Source: a virus (taxonomy: Duplodnaviria > Caudoviricetes). From it: a DNA stretch of 64,000 nucleotides. The notes under the pieces were generated by a model. That model was not told the DNA's origin. It saw only the letters and a program-made list of their open reading frames with translations, and ran no database searches. A program made the position numbers and the translations under genes. Each line of letters opens with the position of its first letter. Position 1 is the stretch's first letter. The stretch is taken from the IMG/VR virus record IMGVR_UViG_3300019742_000001; one strand, given 5' to 3'. Below are positions 44,153-52,951 of this stretch, one piece after another.

Positions 44153-44433
44153 ATCTCAAATAAACCATCATCTTCTTTGAAGTGGTCATCAGTATACCCT
44201 GTAACTATAAATCCTGTCTCTAACAATCTTTCTATTGTCGGAACATCTAATCTATCAATTTGTATTGGATTTCCAGTATCCATCATTTCACTAATATAAT
44301 CAAGTGACGATCTTAAACCAAAACCTGTACTATTACGAAATGCTTTGATCAAATGAATCTTACCATTACCATTACCAGTTCTGGCTCTGGCTTTAAGTTG
44401 TTTACCAATATGCACATAATATGATTTTTTCAT
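44149..44433 (-). CDS. ribosomal protein L7/L12 C-terminal-like domain protein
   Basis: KIHLIKAFRNSTGFGLRSSLDYI vs the L12 pattern KI.VIK.VR..TGLGLKEAK..V. Confidence 0.55.
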   Translation of the reverse strand: MKKSYYVHIGKQLKARARTGNGNGKIHLIKAFRNSTGFGLRSSLDYISEMMDTGNPIQIDRLDVPTIERLLETGFIVTGYTDDHFKEDDGLFEI

Positions 44434-44449
44434 AATGTTACCTTTAAAT

Positions 44450-44523
44450 TGGCGGGGGATGAAGGTATCGATCCTTCGACGCTAGATTCAAAATCTAGTA
44501 TGATTCCATTTCACCAATCCCCT
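44450..44523 (-). tRNA. tRNA-Gln(TTG)
   Basis: TT TTG AA, G73. Confidence 0.9.
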
Positions 44524-44526
44524 ATA

Positions 44527-44835
44527 TTATGGGAAAAACTTATCCCAATCTGTTTTGTTTAAATACATCGTTCTTGATTTCAAGATCATATCAAGTGAAG
44601 GATAGGTTGTCAATATTTCTTTTACATTATCTTCACCTACAACAGCACTGAATCCTGTTGGGTACAATTCATCAATTATTTGAGGGTTTCCATTAGGTTC
44701 TGTTACAACTTCCACAACAAGAATCCCTTTGTCCCACCATCCTTGACAAGTATCACAAGGTTCATAGTCAAAAAATTCTGGTTTGTCATCCACAATATCA
44801 TCTTTTGACTTTCTACACCAAAAACATATTTTCAT
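44527..44835 (-). CDS. hypothetical Cys-containing protein
   Basis: True start MKICFWC; the longer ORF in the track overlaps tRNA-Arg. Confidence 0.6.
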   Translation of the reverse strand: MKICFWCRKSKDDIVDDKPEFFDYEPCDTCQGWWDKGILVVEVVTEPNGNPQIIDELYPTGFSAVVGEDNVKEILTTYPSLDMILKSRTMYLNKTDWDKFFP

Positions 44836-44857
44836 ATTAAATCTCCGTATTATATAT

Positions 44858-44930
44858 TGGCACCCTATGGAGGAGTCGAACCTCCGTAAGCTGGTTTCGT
44901 AAACCGACCACCGTTTCCCACGGATAGGGT
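44858..44930 (-). tRNA. tRNA-Arg(ACG)
   Basis: TT ACG AA, CCA end; first tRNA of the array in transcription order. Confidence 0.85.
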
Positions 44931-44970
44931 ACATACAATACTTTATCATTTGTTTTTCATTTAGTCAATA

Positions 44971-44987
44971 TTCAATTTTCAAAGAAC
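44971..44987 (-). promoter_or_regulatory. boxA-like antitermination site
   Basis: GTTCTTTGAAAATTGAA immediately after the terminator U-tract. Confidence 0.6.
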
Positions 44988-45025
44988 AAAAAAGGGTCAC
45001 ATTCTTATATAGAGTGTGACCCTTT
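44988..45025 (-). terminator. intrinsic terminator (attenuator) upstream of the tRNA array
   Basis: AAAGGGTCACACTCT-ATATA-AGAATGTGACCCTTTTTT. Confidence 0.85.
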
Positions 45026-45056
45026 CGGATAGGTTATGTAAAACTTTCTTACAAGG

Positions 45057-45188
45057 TCACATTCTGTCTCTCACTCTGCCCACACTATAATCAAACCACT
45101 GATTACAAATCGGACGTAACGCTATCATTTCGAAATTCTCTGATTTCGAATGAGTCATCGTTAGATTTGTTGTGAGTTGTGTAGTCAT
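45057..45188 (-). CDS. putative attenuator leader peptide (43 aa, contains all 20 amino acids; not in ORF track)
   Basis: MTTQLTTNLTMTHSKSENFEMIALRPICNQWFDYSVGRVRDRM*; AAGGA RBS; TGA lies inside a copy of the terminator 3' arm. Confidence 0.7.
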   Translation of the reverse strand: MTTQLTTNLTMTHSKSENFEMIALRPICNQWFDYSVGRVRDRM

Positions 45189-45219
45189 TTTTGTGATTCC
45201 TTGTTTAATTTTTTCTTCT

Positions 45220-45248
45220 ACTATAAGTTATTTATGCTTTTTTGTCAA
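45220..45248 (-). promoter_or_regulatory. sigma70 promoter of the leader/tRNA operon
   Basis: TTGACA-N17-TATAGT. Confidence 0.75.
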
Positions 45249-45269
45249 CTTTTTTGAAACTTTTTTTCA

Positions 45270-45743
45270 TTATTTAAATTTATCTCGTAACTTATTGTTT
45301 TTATTAATCTTTTCTGTTGCACATTCTTCTTCAATTTCAACATCATCATCAGATTCAGTGAAGATTGATGTAATCTTTAATTTAATTTTTTCTGTCACTG
45401 GTTCTTCTTTTATTTCCTCTTCTACTGGAGCAACTTCAATGTTCACAGACTGTTTAACTCTAACCTGTTCATTCCAAGGTTGCATAAAGAACCCTCTGTC
45501 ACCCTCAGTGATAGCCGATACTTCCAATTTAGCATTATATACACCGTCTTCAAGTCCTTCTATGACAGTTTCTAAAGGTGGAATAGCGAATTGTACATTA
45601 TCCCCACCAGTTTTAGCTTTAAATCCGTAATCAATACCATTAACTTCAACAACAAACTTAAAACGTAACATTTCTTGTTGTATACCCTCTACCAATACTG
45701 GCATAGATAATGATTTTGTCTTCCTCATTTCAAACGTTAACAT
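45270..45743 (-). CDS. hypothetical protein (late operon)
   Basis: 157 aa, beta-rich N-terminal part. Confidence 0.55.
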   Translation of the reverse strand: MLTFEMRKTKSLSMPVLVEGIQQEMLRFKFVVEVNGIDYGFKAKTGGDNVQFAIPPLETVIEGLEDGVYNAKLEVSAITEGDRGFFMQPWNEQVRVKQSVNIEVAPVEEEIKEEPVTEKIKLKITSIFTESDDDVEIEEECATEKINKNNKLRDKFK

Positions 45744-45973
45744 TACGTTCCTCCATTCAATGAAAGGTCAATGACCTGTAATACAGTTATATTTATATTT
45801 TCATAGTCATCAAGAACAACTACTTTTTTAATTTTTACAGTTGGTATCGGTTGTTGTACCCTAACTATTGATACTCCACCACCACTACCACCACCACTTG
45901 AATAATCTGGTACTGGTATTTCAACAGTTATCTGTCTATTACGTTTACCCATCCATTTAGGATATACACTCAT
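45743..45973 (-). CDS. hypothetical protein
   Basis: 76 aa with a GGGSGGG linker. Confidence 0.5.
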   Translation of the reverse strand: MSVYPKWMGKRNRQITVEIPVPDYSSGGGSGGGVSIVRVQQPIPTVKIKKVVVLDDYENINITVLQVIDLSLNGGT

Positions 45974-45983
45974 TTAATACTCC

Positions 45984-46718
45984 TTATGATGGATATGGTT
46001 TAATATATGTTACTTGTCGGTTGTCAGCATTCTCTCCTGTAACAACAATCGTATACAATAAAGTTACTCCATCATCATCAAATACTTGTATCGTATCAAG
46101 AGCACTTACACCTGTACCAACGGTTGATATTCCAACTTTGTTAGTTTGCATCGCCCTACCACGTCTCGCCTCTTCATAAGCAAGATTCAAGGTGGTTTCT
46201 TGTGATGATGTCAGACCTTGTGCTGGAACTTCTACTTCAACGTATACAGGAACTTCTACAACAACTTCTTTTGTCTGAACAACTGTACTAACCAACAATG
46301 AAGTTTGGGAACTTATAGACTTCAGTCCGTCTGGATCAAATCCATAAGGATCTTTTGGATTGTCATTAAGATCATATGCATACAGATTACCTATAATGTT
46401 TGTAGTAGTCGTAGCGTCTCGTTGTCGTATAATCCAGTCATTTAAAAGAAAATATGTATCACCTAATTTCTCTGTATCAGAAATTGGTCTTCCACCCTCA
46501 GTACCAAATGCTTGTAAATACTTAGAATTATCATATAATGATATCCATTCCTTCCAATCACTATACAATTGTTGTTTAACATCAACTTCTGACACATCAG
46601 AAAGAATCCAAATGGTTTTTGATGGTCCGTCAAACATTACAACATGATCAAGGGTAACAGGATCATTATTAAACTTATCCCAATATTCCCACTGTCCTGC
46701 CCATCCACCTTGCAACAT
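45984..46718 (-). CDS. putative virion structural protein
   Basis: In the tail cluster; LYSDWKEW...GG.P...YFLLNDW. Confidence 0.55.
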   Translation of the reverse strand: MLQGGWAGQWEYWDKFNNDPVTLDHVVMFDGPSKTIWILSDVSEVDVKQQLYSDWKEWISLYDNSKYLQAFGTEGGRPISDTEKLGDTYFLLNDWIIRQRDATTTTNIIGNLYAYDLNDNPKDPYGFDPDGLKSISSQTSLLVSTVVQTKEVVVEVPVYVEVEVPAQGLTSSQETTLNLAYEEARRGRAMQTNKVGISTVGTGVSALDTIQVFDDDGVTLLYTIVVTGENADNRQVTYIKPYPS

Positions 46719-48325
46719 TATCTAATCTCTTTCCAATTGAAGGCAACCACTACTTCAATTGGTACTGTATTGTAAAGTTTTGCCCTCAAAGTATAGTGGT
46801 CTGGTTCCAACTCAATATCAGATTTTCTTATAATAATTTCTGTCAACATACTAAAAAAATCGGACAAACTGATGTGTTCATCACCTGTTACTATCCATGA
46901 CATAACAACCTTACCGTCAATTGAACCAGATGCACTAGCAACTTCTAATGCTGATTGAGGATATGATACTCCATTGTCCCACATTGGTGTATCTAATGTA
47001 TCATTTTTAACTAATTCTAGTAACCAAGGATTACCTGTGCTTGTTAATTCAGAAAGAGTAACCATAGTTGGTATGACAACTGACCTATTATCGGTGAGTG
47101 GTGACCCATACTGTTTTCTGGACCTAAAAGATGCTATATGAACCCAATCAACATCATCATCCACAGTTACAGGTTCATCGATGGAACCACCGTAAAGTTT
47201 CTCTGGTGGAGCAAACTTTCCTTCACATGCAACTTTTGCAGCAATACCATACAGGAATGCTGGGTTACCCAACGCACCTACATTTTCCTGTTCCATTGTA
47301 AAAGGAAGTGTACCTGTTCTCATGTATGGATTTGCAAGGTATCCCGCATGATTAAATTCGTGACAAACAATAGGAATACCGTCAATAACAAAACTGAATC
47401 TAACACGACCAGCACCTAACCACTGAAAGTCAATAATCATTATCTGTGACATACCCGGAACTAGTGATTTACCACTAACATTATTAGCATCATCTGATCC
47501 ATCTAGTCTATCTATATTCCATTCGGACTGAGGAACACAAACCTCTTCTATTGATCCATTACATGACGAACGGACACACACACTAATGACACCATCTGTC
47601 ATTTTGTAGTATAATCCATCACTGTCATCAAAAATACCCATTCTTCGAACAACATTAATATAATCACCGCCAGAAAATGCAGAAAACATTACTGTGGTCG
47701 CAACACCTGTTTGGTATTTGTGATAAAGGTTAGTTCTTCTCATACTTCTAGCGCCATTTGTAGTAGGATTTTCCATTACTACAAGATGTCTTGTTTCATC
47801 CCACGAAACTGTAGCACCAAGTTCTTCTGTTTCTGTAAATTCGTCAGACATAGAATTGTGAACGGGTTGATACTCACGAATAGTTGTAGTTTCCGATGTT
47901 TGTAGTTTACCAAACGCATCAAAACTAGGATCACCAGATTCAAAGGTTGTTGTTAACGCACCTCTTACATCAACTGATGCCTTGTTTGTTGGATCATTAC
48001 CACCTGTTATAACAATATCTTGTGTGTATAGTTCGTTGGTGGTACCTGTTGAAGTGGCGAATGTAACACCACCAACTTTCAATGATGTTCCAGACTCCAC
48101 ACTGTTCAGTATAGATTCCATTGAAACAACGATATGAAGATGTCCGCTGAATTGATCACCAGCGACGATTAACACATCACCGTCAAATCCATCATCTGTT
48201 AAGACTTTATCTCCAACACTAAAACTATTACTTCCATTAGTGTAATAAATAGTCACAGTTACAGTCTGTTTGGATTTTTTTCCTGTTCCATCAGGTGGCA
48301 TTTGTATATAATTTAATTCACTCAT
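46718..48325 (-). CDS. putative virion/tail-associated beta-sandwich protein
   Basis: 535 aa; DAFGKLQTS, YQTG, IDFQWLGAGRVRF motifs seen in phage structural proteins; TATAAATA at 48363-48370. Confidence 0.6.
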   Translation of the reverse strand: MSELNYIQMPPDGTGKKSKQTVTVTIYYTNGSNSFSVGDKVLTDDGFDGDVLIVAGDQFSGHLHIVVSMESILNSVESGTSLKVGGVTFATSTGTTNELYTQDIVITGGNDPTNKASVDVRGALTTTFESGDPSFDAFGKLQTSETTTIREYQPVHNSMSDEFTETEELGATVSWDETRHLVVMENPTTNGARSMRRTNLYHKYQTGVATTVMFSAFSGGDYINVVRRMGIFDDSDGLYYKMTDGVISVCVRSSCNGSIEEVCVPQSEWNIDRLDGSDDANNVSGKSLVPGMSQIMIIDFQWLGAGRVRFSFVIDGIPIVCHEFNHAGYLANPYMRTGTLPFTMEQENVGALGNPAFLYGIAAKVACEGKFAPPEKLYGGSIDEPVTVDDDVDWVHIASFRSRKQYGSPLTDNRSVVIPTMVTLSELTSTGNPWLLELVKNDTLDTPMWDNGVSYPQSALEVASASGSIDGKVVMSWIVTGDEHISLSDFFSMLTEIIIRKSDIELEPDHYTLRAKLYNTVPIEVVVAFNWKEIR

Positions 48326-48417
48326 CTATATAAAGTTCTCCTTAACTTTCATAACGTACATGTATTTATAGGGGGTAGTTGACCTACCCCCTATAATACA
48401 ATAATTAAACCATTATG

Positions 48418-50598
48418 TTAAGCTGGGTTAGAGTAATTTCTTTCAAGTGGAGCAACCAAAGATACAGATGCTCCAGTGTTAGTAATTGTTCCTTCCGCTT
48501 GAACATATTGACCAGTGCTTAATCCGATAGCAACAACAACAATATCGGTTTCTGTTGAAGCTACACGACCACCTGTTTCATCACCATCATATGCATATGA
48601 GAACTGATATGATGAACCAGATGCACCATCAGGTACATTATTAGTAACATCAGATCCAACCTCACCAGAAGGTGATTTAATAACTTGAAATGCATTTGTT
48701 GTACCGAAGTCACCCGATGCAACTGATTTGTAATATGCGTAGAATACGGCATCTGAATCAGTAGACAAGTTATTGTTAAAGTTGATTGTAACTGTAACAA
48801 CCAATGGATATGTACGAGCAATACCAGAATAATCATTGAAAACAACATTGTTAGTATCAATTGGTTTCAAATCGTCAATGAAAACACCATCACTTGTCTC
48901 TAGTGTAGCACCAACAAACTCTGATAACAAGTCAGCAACATTACCATTACGACTTGTATCAACATCAATAGTTGTTTCTTGACGTAGTGACCACTGACAG
49001 AAGTCATAAACATTTTCTTTATCACCACCAGATGTGTGAGTATAAGGTGAATCAACTTTCTCATCACCAGAAGTAACAATATTATTAGCGTCAATAATAA
49101 CACTATAAGCATAGAAACCATCTTTTACAAAACGCTCTCCGCCACCTGATGATTTGTCCCAGATTGTCCATGTATTACCAGTATCAGTATTCATATCTGT
49201 GTTGTCTGAATCACCAGTTGTTGAACTAACGTAGTACCAACGAGCACCATCTACATTAGATAGTGAGTTTGTTGCATCATACGCTACATCACCTAATAGA
49301 TATGTTGTACCTGTTGCCCAATCACCTGTAATATTTACAACACCTGTACCTGACTGTGGATTAGGTAGATATGTGATATCAATAACATCATATGGTGATA
49401 CATCGGCAGTACCATCTGTATTTGAATCAATTTGTGTATCAGCAGTTGTTTCAAGGTTAAGGTCTGTTGCATTACTAACAGGGAAACGATACACGATATA
49501 TGTCATAGTAGTAACACCGATATCGGTTAGATTAGAATCAGCATAAACCTTACCACGCTCACGAACATACATTTTGAAATAAGCTGATAAATCAGTAACT
49601 AATGTTGCTGATTGTGATGCCTCAGATGCACCAGTTTCAACGATTGTTATCTCATAAGGACTAACAATACTTGCAACTGTATATGTATCTTCATTTAATG
49701 TTGTTCCTGTTACTGTAATTGAATCTCCAACTTGGAACACGTCTAATCTCGGTCCTGTTGATGTAATACCATTAACACCATCAAATGAAATATCACTTGA
49801 TCCTACAACTTGTGAGTAGATACGTACACCCTCATTAACAGGTCCAGTATACTCTGTATTAGATGTTCCAGCGGTAAATGAACTATCCTGTGCGAAATAT
49901 GGTTGGTCAGTATTATCAACCAAAGTACCCAATGATACAATACCTGATACCCTTTTGTTAACTGTATTATCAGCAAGAACTTCTGACCATCCAGCAGATC
50001 TGATCAATTTACTGGTTGTTGTCTCAAATATACCCTGTGTTACAACATTTGATGTCAATGTTGCAGTAACATCAGCAGTTCCTTCAGCTACTAATGTATC
50101 TGTTGCAACTAATGTGATTACAGTAGACGTTACACTATCAATAGTATAAATACCGTCATTTGATGACGAACCACTTACATTTAATGTATCACCTGATTTA
50201 TAATAATCCGTAAAATCAACTGCACCAGCAGTTGTAATTGTATCTGGGTTACCATCTGCAAAAGTCAAGTCTGTTACTGTAGCCGAAGCACCATCATCTG
50301 GAATCCAAGCATCAATGAATTCAAACTGCTCATTCGTGATTGATAGCATTGGAAAGTCAAATTTAGTGATTGATGCAGTATCTTGCCATCTGTCTTTAAA
50401 AAATGAATATAATGTCTGACCCGTAATACCATCACCAGACGTATCCATATTTCCTGTTCCTTTAAAGTGGAAAGTCTTGTCAACACAGTTAATGTGTATC
50501 TCATCCGTATAATAGTGACCATCCAAATTTCCTGTTCCTGCCGTCCATGATGTGTTAATATCATCTGGATCGACGATTGTGTTTACTATAAAAGCCAT
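48418..50598 (-). CDS. putative tail fiber/baseplate protein
   Basis: 726 aa, T/S/D/G-rich, with repeated GD.(L/I).V.G...N.G.YT(I/V).S modules. Confidence 0.6.
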   Translation of the reverse strand: MAFIVNTIVDPDDINTSWTAGTGNLDGHYYTDEIHINCVDKTFHFKGTGNMDTSGDGITGQTLYSFFKDRWQDTASITKFDFPMLSITNEQFEFIDAWIPDDGASATVTDLTFADGNPDTITTAGAVDFTDYYKSGDTLNVSGSSSNDGIYTIDSVTSTVITLVATDTLVAEGTADVTATLTSNVVTQGIFETTTSKLIRSAGWSEVLADNTVNKRVSGIVSLGTLVDNTDQPYFAQDSSFTAGTSNTEYTGPVNEGVRIYSQVVGSSDISFDGVNGITSTGPRLDVFQVGDSITVTGTTLNEDTYTVASIVSPYEITIVETGASEASQSATLVTDLSAYFKMYVRERGKVYADSNLTDIGVTTMTYIVYRFPVSNATDLNLETTADTQIDSNTDGTADVSPYDVIDITYLPNPQSGTGVVNITGDWATGTTYLLGDVAYDATNSLSNVDGARWYYVSSTTGDSDNTDMNTDTGNTWTIWDKSSGGGERFVKDGFYAYSVIIDANNIVTSGDEKVDSPYTHTSGGDKENVYDFCQWSLRQETTIDVDTSRNGNVADLLSEFVGATLETSDGVFIDDLKPIDTNNVVFNDYSGIARTYPLVVTVTINFNNNLSTDSDAVFYAYYKSVASGDFGTTNAFQVIKSPSGEVGSDVTNNVPDGASGSSYQFSYAYDGDETGGRVASTETDIVVVAIGLSTGQYVQAEGTITNTGASVSLVAPLERNYSNPA

Positions 50599-50609
50599 TT
50601 GTTATCCTC

Positions 50610-50810
50610 CTAAATGTTTAACTTTAATTTTAATATCTTTTCTCCGTCTAGTATTGTAAGGTCTTCACCACTTTCAATAAAATGTTCTATTGTCAATGTG
50701 TGTTCACGATTTATAAAAACCTTATCCCCTTGAATTAATTCGTCTTGAATTTGTATAACCGAAGTGTCAGGGAATTCCGCTTCAGAAAAATACACAATTT
50801 TGTAAATCAT
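50610..50810 (-). CDS. hypothetical protein
   Basis: 66 aa ORF. Confidence 0.5.
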   Translation of the reverse strand: MIYKIVYFSEAEFPDTSVIQIQDELIQGDKVFINREHTLTIEHFIESGEDLTILDGEKILKLKLNI

Positions 50811-50848
50811 AGTCTCACCTTTTATTTATGTTATTTTACCTTAACTTA

Positions 50849-52432
50849 TTACGGGTTAAGGTAATTTCTATCAATTCTTTGTTGAACCTCTACACGTGAA
50901 TCAGAACTTGTTAATGTGTAATCCTGTCTGATATTCACGTATCCAAGATTAAATACTTTTATTTGAACCTCAACACCTGATAATACTGCCGCATTATATG
51001 AATAAACTAATTTGTAGTACTGTACTCCATTAACCAGAACATCTAATGCGGAAATAGGATCAGCACTAGAAAGAAGAGTTTTGTCATCCTTTCTATAAAC
51101 ATACACATCAGATGCAGACAAAACCCTACCAATTGTTAATGTAGAGGATTGGATAACGTTTACTGTTGCACCAGCAGTTCTAATAGTAGGTGATGTTCCA
51201 CCTGTAAGATAAAGATTAACTATTCCTGTGGTTGCTGTGACATAAATTGCCTCATTACCTGTTGTTCCATTAGTTGCCGCATACCCATCAAAAGACCATT
51301 CCACTAAAGTATAATCACCAGCAACATCAAATCCTTGAACAGCATGTCCTGTACCAGAACTTGTGAAACTACAATATGAAACAACATCATTATTATCAAC
51401 AAGAAGAGCAATTGTTGACGTAGAACTATCAAAATTACAATCGGTAATTGTTGACCCACCCTGTGTTACCAGACCACACCTACGATATGTAGTACCACCA
51501 TCTATAGTGGCGTTATTTTGATAAATGAAAGTATCCATATCAGTAAATGTACATCCAGTTTTAGTGACTGTAGCATTGTCAATCATTTCAAATTGACCCT
51601 TTGATATTAATCCAACCTTTGTAATTAATACACTTGTCCATTCAATATTAGAAGAAGCGTTGTTAACTTCAATTCTATTAAATACACTTGAAACTGTTAA
51701 AGTATCATCAATTGTGATAGAAACGTTGGAATCTCGCATATCAACAGCGGTGGCAGTGGTACCTAAACTCATTAAACCTTTATAAAGATAACCACCAGCA
51801 ACAGCCTGAATTAATCCAAATCTTCCACCAGTTGAGTTATCATTAACAGTTGAATAACCTAAAAATGTAGCATAATCAGATGTTTCACCACCTGTAAATA
51901 TTGATTCACCTCTTCCATAACGAATAATATCAACACTGAATGGATTACCCTTTGATGGTGCCTGAGTAGGTAAATTCCAAGCCATACAAACTGCAGAATA
52001 TGTCCCAGTTGGAGTACCTTGTGTGTCATCAGGAGAACCTATTAACGGATCAACTGCGTAATTTTTCCAACCACCATACGCATAAGTGTCCGAACCACCA
52101 ACATACCAAAGATCAAAGTTTCCTGAACTACTACCGATACCAACTCTGATACCACCACTTGCAATAGTAGCCAGAGAGTTAGGTGCAAGGAATTTACTCC
52201 AAACAAAAAATGCACCGTTAGTAGGGAGGGTAACCGTTGTAGCAGTACTACCAATACTACTTAATCCAGTTTTTGCTCTGTCAGCAGTAATACTTGACGA
52301 ACCATAGATAGCGTAGTCAGTATCAACGTCTGGTGGCGCTGAAGCAGTATATCCAGTAAATTCTAACCAATTGGTAGCTGTTGAAGCGTCATCAAAAGTT
52401 AATAAGTCTGTCGTATATGAAGGTACTGCCAT
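50849..52432 (-). CDS. putative tail protein with beta-helix region
   Basis: 527 aa, T/S/G-rich, spaced C.F repeats; C-terminal DRNYLNP similar to ERNYSNP of the 726 aa protein. Confidence 0.6.
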   Translation of the reverse strand: MAVPSYTTDLLTFDDASTATNWLEFTGYTASAPPDVDTDYAIYGSSSITADRAKTGLSSIGSTATTVTLPTNGAFFVWSKFLAPNSLATIASGGIRVGIGSSSGNFDLWYVGGSDTYAYGGWKNYAVDPLIGSPDDTQGTPTGTYSAVCMAWNLPTQAPSKGNPFSVDIIRYGRGESIFTGGETSDYATFLGYSTVNDNSTGGRFGLIQAVAGGYLYKGLMSLGTTATAVDMRDSNVSITIDDTLTVSSVFNRIEVNNASSNIEWTSVLITKVGLISKGQFEMIDNATVTKTGCTFTDMDTFIYQNNATIDGGTTYRRCGLVTQGGSTITDCNFDSSTSTIALLVDNNDVVSYCSFTSSGTGHAVQGFDVAGDYTLVEWSFDGYAATNGTTGNEAIYVTATTGIVNLYLTGGTSPTIRTAGATVNVIQSSTLTIGRVLSASDVYVYRKDDKTLLSSADPISALDVLVNGVQYYKLVYSYNAAVLSGVEVQIKVFNLGYVNIRQDYTLTSSDSRVEVQQRIDRNYLNP

Positions 52433-52435
52433 ATA

Positions 52436-52831
52436 TTACTCCAATATTTCTAACATTCTTTCGTATGTTAGATGTCCCGTATTATATAAATATCCAATAC
52501 CATTTTGTGTATCAGGATCATTAAGATCTACATATTCACTAACAGCAAGATTATCAAGAAAAATGTCAATTACGATATCATCACCACGAGAATTATATAT
52601 AGATGTTAGTTCCGATAATGTGAATCTTTGTCGAAAACATAATTTAGTTACCTCATTTGAAACATATACAGGAACATCAGTAAATGTTCCTAGTTCTCTA
52701 TCATATAGTTTGCCTATCAAAGAATAATCAGCAACATCATACTGGATTCTTTCAGTATGAATCATTTGATACTCTGTCACCATTATATCGGTAACAATAT
52801 CATCAGGGTTCAAACACAAATATATATACAC
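52436..52831 (-). CDS. tail fiber assembly-like protein
   Basis: FRQRFT..E...VDL.DP....G...L.....LT..R..EIL; TATAAATA at 52871-52878. Confidence 0.6.
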   Translation of the reverse strand: MYIYLCLNPDDIVTDIMVTEYQMIHTERIQYDVADYSLIGKLYDRELGTFTDVPVYVSNEVTKLCFRQRFTLSELTSIYNSRGDDIVIDIFLDNLAVSEYVDLNDPDTQNGIGYLYNTGHLTYERMLEILE

Positions 52832-52893
52832 TATTTTCTCCTTATTATAAAAAAATCTATCCCATAAAAGTATTTATACAATTAACCACAACA

Positions 52894-52932
52894 AAAACCC
52901 CCTTAACCAAAAAAGTTAAGGGGGTTTTTTTT
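52894..52932 (-). terminator. intrinsic terminator
   Basis: AAAAACCCCCTTAAC...GTTAAGGGGGTTTTT. Confidence 0.75.
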
Positions 52933-52951
52933 CTTTTATATATTTAGTTGT

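Noticed and set aside
34850-44930. CRISPR-like periodic repeats
   Set aside because: The recurring motifs are tRNA T-loops and CCA ends with irregular spacing; there is no repeat-spacer array or cas gene
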